Virus record (IMG/VR): IMGVR_UViG_3300024346_000045
Coordinates: 7,776-71,775 of that record
Direction: 5' to 3' (one strand)
From: a virus
Length of the DNA: 64,000 nt
Position numbers and translations under genes: made by a program. Numbering within the stretch: the stretch's first letter is position 1; the number at the start of each line of letters is the position of its first letter. The notes beneath the pieces are model-generated. The model worked only from the letters and a program-made list of their open reading frames with translations. It ran no database searches and was not told where the DNA came from. Shown piece after piece: positions 58,533 through 64,000 of this stretch.

Positions 58533-58787
58533 TTATTCTCCCTTAGGCTGAGCTTCTTGCTGTGCCTGTTGCGCTTGCTGTGCCTTATTTGCAGCCTCTA
58601 CAAAGTTATTCAATTTGTCAAATAGCACACCGACGCTAGACAGCTCGTTCGCTTTAAAGGCACCTCGTGTTGTAACAACATCGATTAAATTTCTCATAGC
58701 AAGCAAGTCATTTAGGTTAAGTTCCGCACTCGCTGCCTGTGGCGGTGCACTTTGAGTTGTTGCTTCTTGTTCGATATTCTCAGTCAT
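58533..58787 (-). CDS. small hypothetical protein (paralog of 58784)
   Basis: LNLNDLLAMRNLIDVVTTRGAFKANE..VG..FDKL. Confidence 0.75.
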   Translation of the reverse strand: MTENIEQEATTQSAPPQAASAELNLNDLLAMRNLIDVVTTRGAFKANELSSVGVLFDKLNNFVEAANKAQQAQQAQQEAQPKGE

Positions 58788-58984
58788 TTAGTTTCTCCTT
58801 GTTGTTTAACGCCCTCTAAAAAGGCAGATAATTTATTATATGTTTGCCCGATAACCATCATTTCACCAGGTTTAAAAGCGCCTCGCGAACTTGCAATATC
58901 AATAATGTTTTTCATAGTTGCAAGGTCATTTAGAGACAGCTGATTAGGATCGGTTGTTTCCTGCGGTTTAGTTTCTTCAGTCAT
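58784..58984 (-). CDS. small hypothetical protein (paralog of 58533)
   Basis: LSLNDLATMKNIIDIASSRGAFKPGE..IG..YNKL; AAGGAGGT RBS. Confidence 0.75.
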   Translation of the reverse strand: MTEETKPQETTDPNQLSLNDLATMKNIIDIASSRGAFKPGEMMVIGQTYNKLSAFLEGVKQQGETK

Positions 58985-59023
58985 GTGACCTCCTTTTCAT
59001 TATATATGTATTTTATTTTTTTT

Positions 59024-59302
59024 CTACTGCGAAAGTGGACAAGCAAGTTTAAAAAAACTAAGTTCTTTTTCTTGCTCGAACCCAACTCTAGTGACATACA
59101 CTAATGTATTATTAGATAACGATAGATATTGACCTACATAATATCTACCATTTAAATTATTGTAAATCCAGTTATCGATTGCATTTAGATATCCGGGATT
59201 ATATTTAAATAAGTTTGTATACGTAAAGTGATGCGCTGGAAATGCATATCTTCTCATTTCCAGCGCATTAAGGGCATTAACTTTTCCGTTTTTTAGCGCC
59301 AT
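59024..59302 (-). CDS. hypothetical protein
   Basis: 92-aa ORF, TAATG-coupled to the VWA gene. Confidence 0.65.
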   Translation of the reverse strand: MALKNGKVNALNALEMRRYAFPAHHFTYTNLFKYNPGYLNAIDNWIYNNLNGRYYVGQYLSLSNNTLVYVTRVGFEQEKELSFFKLACPLSQ

Positions 59303-60489
59303 TAACTTCTTGCTTCTTCGCTGTAATATGCATGAGTACCAAACGGGGGAACAATACTATCGTTTCCATGAATAATAAACACGGTATCGCAATAATGTTC
59401 GTCTCCCCACGATCCATAAGGATATCCGTCAGTGAACATAATTAATTTTTTAGGGTTAATGTTATGTTCTTTCATGTAATCCCAGTTAGCCATAAACTCA
59501 GTACCACCGCCGCCTACTGGAGTATATTCGGTAATATCATTGCCGCCGTATCCATCAAAATCTTGTTCATTGTACACACTGGTATCAAATGACCAAACTT
59601 TAATATTGTAGTCTTTGTACTCGTCCATAATACCTTTAATTTCAGTTAAGAAATCTTTAGCTTGAGTGTCACTAATAGAACCAGACATATCAATGCTAAC
59701 GCAAATGTCAATAGTTTCATCGAAATTCATACCAGGCAAAATAGCACCAGTGTGCCAGCCCTTGCGGCTAGGACGACTAAAAGTGTAATCATTGCGGATG
59801 GTACTTTGGATTTGCTGGCGCAAGATTTGTCGCCAATTCATCTTAGGCTCAGTTAGTTCCTTAATCATACGTTGAACTTCGGCGGGCACATTACCTGCAC
59901 CCGCCGCCTGGGCCGCCGCTACAGTCGCTTCTCTAACCTCGTCTCGAATTTTACGAAGCTCGTCTTTAGTATACTTGGGACGCGGCTGTCCATCCTTAGG
60001 ATCACCTTCCCAGTCAATATGTTCATCTAACAGTTGACCTAATGCAGACAATTCTTGTTCATCCATGTCGTCATAAATTTCGTCATAGATTTGTTCTGCA
60101 CTTTTTCCATAGTGCTTAGTATCATGGAAAATTTTAATATCGTCGAACTTATGATCTCCAATTCGATCTCGAACTAACTGTCCGTTTACAGTATAGTCGA
60201 TTGCGGCATTCCAGACACCTTTGTTTCGACCTTCAGTACGACTAATATGATCAAAAACGTTGTGAAGAATTTCGTGTGCAACAACAAACTCAACCTGCTT
60301 AGGGCTAAGTTTTTCAAAGAATGGACGGCTGTAAAATAGATGGCGTCCGTCAGTTGCCGCAGTATTGCACCAATCAGATGCATCTTGAATTTTAAGACGA
60401 GTTGCCATGTTGCCAAAAAATGGATGACGCAACAGTAATCCAATTCTAGCCACTACAATTTTATCAATTACTGGATCTAAGTGTGACAT
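59302..60489 (-). CDS. metallopeptidase + VWA domain protein (DUF2201-like)
   Basis: TAATDGR; HEILH (HExxH); MIDAS DMSGS...GGGGT...FTDG; start moved to ATG 60489 with GGAG RBS. Confidence 0.85.
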   Translation of the reverse strand: MSHLDPVIDKIVVARIGLLLRHPFFGNMATRLKIQDASDWCNTAATDGRHLFYSRPFFEKLSPKQVEFVVAHEILHNVFDHISRTEGRNKGVWNAAIDYTVNGQLVRDRIGDHKFDDIKIFHDTKHYGKSAEQIYDEIYDDMDEQELSALGQLLDEHIDWEGDPKDGQPRPKYTKDELRKIRDEVREATVAAAQAAGAGNVPAEVQRMIKELTEPKMNWRQILRQQIQSTIRNDYTFSRPSRKGWHTGAILPGMNFDETIDICVSIDMSGSISDTQAKDFLTEIKGIMDEYKDYNIKVWSFDTSVYNEQDFDGYGGNDITEYTPVGGGGTEFMANWDYMKEHNINPKKLIMFTDGYPYGSWGDEHYCDTVFIIHGNDSIVPPFGTHAYYSEEARS

Positions 60490-60521
60490 ATTTTGCTCCA
60501 AATTATTTACTTGATGTATAT

Positions 60522-60550
60522 ATTATAACAGGACCCGCAGGTCCTGTCAA
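60522..60550 (-). promoter_or_regulatory. sigma70 consensus promoter with palindromic spacer
   Basis: TTGACA-GGACCTGCGGGTCCTGT(17)-TATAAT, with extended -10 TGn. Confidence 0.85.
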
Positions 60551-60567
60551 TTGGATTTGGCTACAAA

Positions 60568-61659
60568 TTATCGTTTTTCTGTAGCGGCTGCAATGTACTT
60601 ACCATATTTGGCATGGAAGTCATCGAAACACTTAATTTCGTCCGGATCCAACGGCAATTGGTATTGAGTAAGGGCAAGTTTAGTACCCATAACAACCAAT
60701 TCAGTTTCGAAATTATCCATCATGAATTGGAAAAAGCAGTTAACTTGATCGTTCCAATCCTTGACATTTTTATCGCAAGCATCCTTTAATTCGTAGCACA
60801 GGCTAACCGTTAGTGAATACATAGCGGAGATTTCTTTGGAATCCATCTTCTTAACTTTACCCTTAAGAATGTCAGTAGGATTAGGCAGTTTAGACGCAAC
60901 TTTACGGTGAGCCATAAACTTGATAGCCAAACCTTCACCGACAGCGCCGGAGGTCAAGTCAGTAAGAACATTAACATCTTCGTCGTCGTCTTCGAGGAGC
61001 TCACTGACAAAAGTCCAAGAACGAGGAGTTGCAAATGCCTTACTACCGCTACGAGGATCAAAGTCGTAAAGATCTTTCTTAGAGAAAGTCAAGAAACCAA
61101 CAACGTCTTTGTGGATACGGTTTTCAGTAGCCCACGAGAACCAGTCGTCCCACTCAACAGCCATTTCCAAGTGTACGAATCGATTAGCCAACGGAGCAGG
61201 CATACGATAGGTAACACCTTTGTCTGCTTCACGATTACCAGCGGCAACAATGAACACATTGTCTGGCAATTGGTAAGTTCCAACACGACGATTCAAAACC
61301 AACTGGTAAGCCGCTGCCTGTACAGCAGGAGCCGCAGAGTTCATTTCGTCCATAAACAGGATAATGTTTTTATGTTTTTCTGCCATGATCTGATCTGGCA
61401 ATTCGATGGGTGGTGCCCATGACATGCGATTGCTATTGGCATCGAAATACGGAATACCTTTAATGTCAGTAGGCTCCCACAAGCTCAATCGAATATCGAT
61501 AACATGAGCTTCAAGGTCTTCGCCGATTTGTTTAATAATGTCAGACTTGCCGATACCCGGAGGCCCCCACAAGAAAATGGGTCGTTGTGCCTTAAACGCT
61601 CGGCAAATAGATTTTTTAGCAGCCTTTGGGCCAACGGTACGAGAAACGATTTCGCTCAT
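60568..61659 (-). CDS. MoxR-type AAA+ ATPase
   Basis: Walker A GPPGIGKS; Walker B LFMDEMN; AAGNR; PLANRF; TPRSW. Confidence 0.9.
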   Translation of the reverse strand: MSEIVSRTVGPKAAKKSICRAFKAQRPIFLWGPPGIGKSDIIKQIGEDLEAHVIDIRLSLWEPTDIKGIPYFDANSNRMSWAPPIELPDQIMAEKHKNIILFMDEMNSAAPAVQAAAYQLVLNRRVGTYQLPDNVFIVAAGNREADKGVTYRMPAPLANRFVHLEMAVEWDDWFSWATENRIHKDVVGFLTFSKKDLYDFDPRSGSKAFATPRSWTFVSELLEDDDEDVNVLTDLTSGAVGEGLAIKFMAHRKVASKLPNPTDILKGKVKKMDSKEISAMYSLTVSLCYELKDACDKNVKDWNDQVNCFFQFMMDNFETELVVMGTKLALTQYQLPLDPDEIKCFDDFHAKYGKYIAAATEKR

Positions 61660-61705
61660 TTAGATCTCCTGTATAAAGCGAGTTGAATTAACTGTCTATG
61701 TGTCT

Positions 61706-61734
61706 ATTATACAGACAAATGCCTTCAACGTCAA
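61706..61734 (-). promoter_or_regulatory. sigma70 promoter for the AAA ATPase
   Basis: TTGACG, 17-nt spacer, TATAAT; AGGAG RBS downstream. Confidence 0.8.
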
Positions 61735-61741
61735 CAACTTT

Positions 61742-62149
61742 TTAGGAATTTTCGTCCAAACGGCTATCTTTTTTTCTAGAATTTATGGCTTTAACTAGTC
61801 CGTATTTTCGAATATCGTCTGAAAACATATAAAGCTCAAACGACTTTTTTTCCGAAAAAACGGTTAAACTTTGGTTGGTAAGATAATAAGGACAATCCAA
61901 AAATTGATCAAAGAAAATGATTGTTTGCGGGCTCAATTCGATTTTATCGGTAAAGGGGATTTCGTATTCTGTTAATTCTAAATCACTTATTAAGAACATG
62001 TAACCATCTTCACTTAATCGTAATCCGCCGTCGTTCTTTGTTCTTTTACTTTGCCATAATTTATTTAAATGTAGTTTAACATTTGCCTCATCCGTACTTC
62101 TACCGAGGCTGTTCAAAAAAATTTTTGTATAAGTCTCTCTAGAGATCAT
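61742..62149 (-). CDS. hypothetical protein
   Basis: 135-aa ORF with ATGA overlap. Confidence 0.7.
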   Translation of the reverse strand: MISRETYTKIFLNSLGRSTDEANVKLHLNKLWQSKRTKNDGGLRLSEDGYMFLISDLELTEYEIPFTDKIELSPQTIIFFDQFLDCPYYLTNQSLTVFSEKKSFELYMFSDDIRKYGLVKAINSRKKDSRLDENS

Positions 62150-62430
62150 TTTACAATTTCGCCAGATGTTAATTTAACAACTTGGAAATCTGTACAGTTA
62201 AATGTTGCATTTAACTTTTTAGCCAAATTATGCGCATGTCCGGGATTAGAGAAACTAACTTTTTTATATTTAGGACCCGGATAGCTGGTCAGACTGTTCG
62301 AACTTTTTAGATTAAAAGGCTCGCCATTATAAAAAACTGCCCAAATGGCTTCTGACTCGAGTACTTGCTCGCTTTTATATGTTTTTTTATTAATGTGCTC
62401 AAGTAAAACTTTTGGTTTTGGGCGGCTCAT
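62146..62430 (-). CDS. hypothetical protein
   Basis: 94-aa ORF with AAGGA RBS; ATAAATA late-type motif at 62467-62461 upstream. Confidence 0.7.
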   Translation of the reverse strand: MSRPKPKVLLEHINKKTYKSEQVLESEAIWAVFYNGEPFNLKSSNSLTSYPGPKYKKVSFSNPGHAHNLAKKLNATFNCTDFQVVKLTSGEIVK

Positions 62431-62471
62431 ACACGTAATCCTTAATATTAACTACGTATATATTTATCTTT

Positions 62472-62717
62472 TCAGCTTCGTTCGAACCCACCACCGTCCA
62501 TACGTATTGTAATATCTCCAGATCCTTGACTTTGCTGTAACTTAGATAACAGTATATCTTGATCTTCAAGTAACTTAGAACTAATTTCTCCAATGCTAAA
62601 TGCTAACGACTTAGCAGTCTTGATATCTAATTTAATTTCTTTTTGCTGAGACAAATCCGCAGCCTTTACCTGTTGAATAAACTGCTGTAACGGAGTTGTG
62701 TTAATCGGATTTGGCAT
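62472..62717 (-). CDS. hypothetical protein
   Basis: 81-aa ORF in operon, ends MDGGGF. Confidence 0.65.
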   Translation of the reverse strand: MPNPINTTPLQQFIQQVKAADLSQQKEIKLDIKTAKSLAFSIGEISSKLLEDQDILLSKLQQSQGSGDITIRMDGGGFERS

Positions 62718-63180
62718 TTGCTAGCACCTGTTTCATTTCTATTTCAGTCTTAAAAGGACCTCGATTTTCATAACGCTCGATGGTAATTAGTTTAGGACAA
62801 AAACTTTTAACCCATCCTTTGTCGAATCGAATAATATAATACCCGGCACAGTATAGACTTTTACTAGCTTTACTCTTAGTAAACAATGGAAGTTTTTTTT
62901 GAAGATTAAACATTGGATTGTACGGATAACAGCTAGTAGGATATCCGTAAACGTCTTTAATATCCTCATGACTGATAGTAGTTTTAATTTTACCACTAAA
63001 GAAATTCTTTCCGAATGCTTTTAATAGTTCTTCTTTTTTACCAAAAAAACTTTGTCCTTCATGACTACTTAGCATAAATTTGTTGCCCTCTTTTTTATGA
63101 AGTGTTCCGATCTTAATTCCGTTTTGTTCGACGATCCAAAATTTTCCGTCTACGATCGGTTTAGCTTGAATTTCTGTCAT
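62701..63180 (-). CDS. hypothetical protein
   Basis: 159-aa ORF with GAGG RBS and ATGA overlap with rnh. Confidence 0.7.
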   Translation of the reverse strand: MTEIQAKPIVDGKFWIVEQNGIKIGTLHKKEGNKFMLSSHEGQSFFGKKEELLKAFGKNFFSGKIKTTISHEDIKDVYGYPTSCYPYNPMFNLQKKLPLFTKSKASKSLYCAGYYIIRFDKGWVKSFCPKLITIERYENRGPFKTEIEMKQVLANAKSD

Positions 63181-64000
63181 TGAGTGTACCTCGCTTGTAA
63201 TGGTTCTGCATACTGTTGAATGCTGTCAATCATACGTTTCATGTCATACAATTGACAAAATTTAATTAATCGAATTCCTACTTGATCTACAGCTTTAGGT
63301 TTAGCATTTTCTGCAATAGTAGTTTTAATCAGATCTTTGATATGTGTCGGTTGATGAGTTAAATCAATTAACTGTCTATTTCTTTCGTAATCGTCGAGAA
63401 CGCGATGTTCTACCCCCTCGTGATCTAACCATCGCTGTAACATCATATTGTTCCAAGCGAATCCTTTGTTAGCACGATCATTAAATGCTTCTAGTAATTT
63501 ATTTTTACGAACTTTAGGAAATGCACTAAACACATTATCTGAACTATCACCGCGCATACACTTTTCGAAGAGAATCCATTCTGGATTAGGGATATCCTTA
63601 GGCTCTTTAGTTTTGTTATCAATAACTAATTTACCTTTTTTATCAAAGATACCTTCGTGAGTAGTTAATGTTTCTAATACACCATTATATTGTTTAACAT
63701 TCGATGCAATAAGCTGATGAAAGTCGCTATCTGTGCTAATGACAACGTGATCATCTGCAGGATGCGATTGAATCCATCCTGCAATCAAATCGTCAGCTTC
63801 TAGCTGTGAATGTTGCAATACTGTGCAGTTAGTTTTATTGATGATAAATTCTTTAAAAGAATCGAATGTTTCCCAAAACAATTTATCTTCTTCTTGTTCT
63901 TTAACAGTCATTGCCGCACGAGTTTCTGCTCGATTAGCTTTATATGGCTTGTAGTAATCTTTACGCCAGCTTCGACCTTCGAGACAGAATACTACGTGAC
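63177..64000 (-). CDS. rnh: T4 RNase H-like 5'-3' exonuclease (5' end outside window)
   Basis: Frame is open to the window edge (HVVFCLEGRSWRKDYYKPYKANR), then LEADDLIA, ISTDSDFHQL, GDSSDNV. Confidence 0.9.
   Translation of the reverse strand, partial: HVVFCLEGRSWRKDYYKPYKANRAETRAAMTVKEQEEDKLFWETFDSFKEFIINKTNCTVLQHSQLEADDLIAGWIQSHPADDHVVISTDSDFHQLIASNVKQYNGVLETLTTHEGIFDKKGKLVIDNKTKEPKDIPNPEWILFEKCMRGDSSDNVFSAFPKVRKNKLLEAFNDRANKGFAWNNMMLQRWLDHEGVEHRVLDDYERNRQLIDLTHQPTHIKDLIKTTIAENAKPKAVDQVGIRLIKFCQLYDMKRMIDSIQQYAEPLQARYTQ

Noticed and set aside
692-63660. Many short ORFs antisense or out of frame inside long genes (e.g. 5530-5955, 19745-20182, 48870-49412, 60907-61422)
   Set aside because: Shadow ORFs of well-supported genes; no RBS or recognisable motifs.
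1-64000. Alternative genetic code (stop-codon reassignment), as in some large phages
   Set aside because: Standard-code ORFs tile the window densely, including a 14.5-kb ORF, and TAA, TGA and TAG (59024) all end genes.

Overview
AT-rich fragment of a large T4-like (myovirus) phage genome read in the standard genetic code; all calls come from motif reading, with no database searches. Left edge: truncated gp55-type late sigma factor on the minus strand (missed by the ORF track). 717-35100 (+): baseplate and tail-fibre module (tube initiator, gp53-, hub-, gp5-, gp25-, gp6-like, a 4834-aa giant structural protein, and six fibre/adhesin-like genes built from shared modules). 35170-56795: a ~21.6 kb tailoring-enzyme island with 4 glycosyltransferase-like genes, 9 radical-SAM enzymes (one naturally split from its auxiliary Fe-S domain), a QueC-like PP-loop ATPase, 2 methyltransferases, an SDR, a 2OG-Fe(II) oxygenase and 4 SGNH-like proteins. 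The island starts at an RBS-sequestering hairpin/promoter and ends at a non-canonical tRNA-Pro(AGG)-like gene. 56929-64000 (-): thyX, small hypotheticals, a MoxR-type AAA + metallopeptidase/VWA pair and a truncated RNase H/5'-3' exonuclease. The best candidate for an undescribed system is the radical-SAM/glycosyltransferase island, whose product and substrate cannot be determined from sequence alone.
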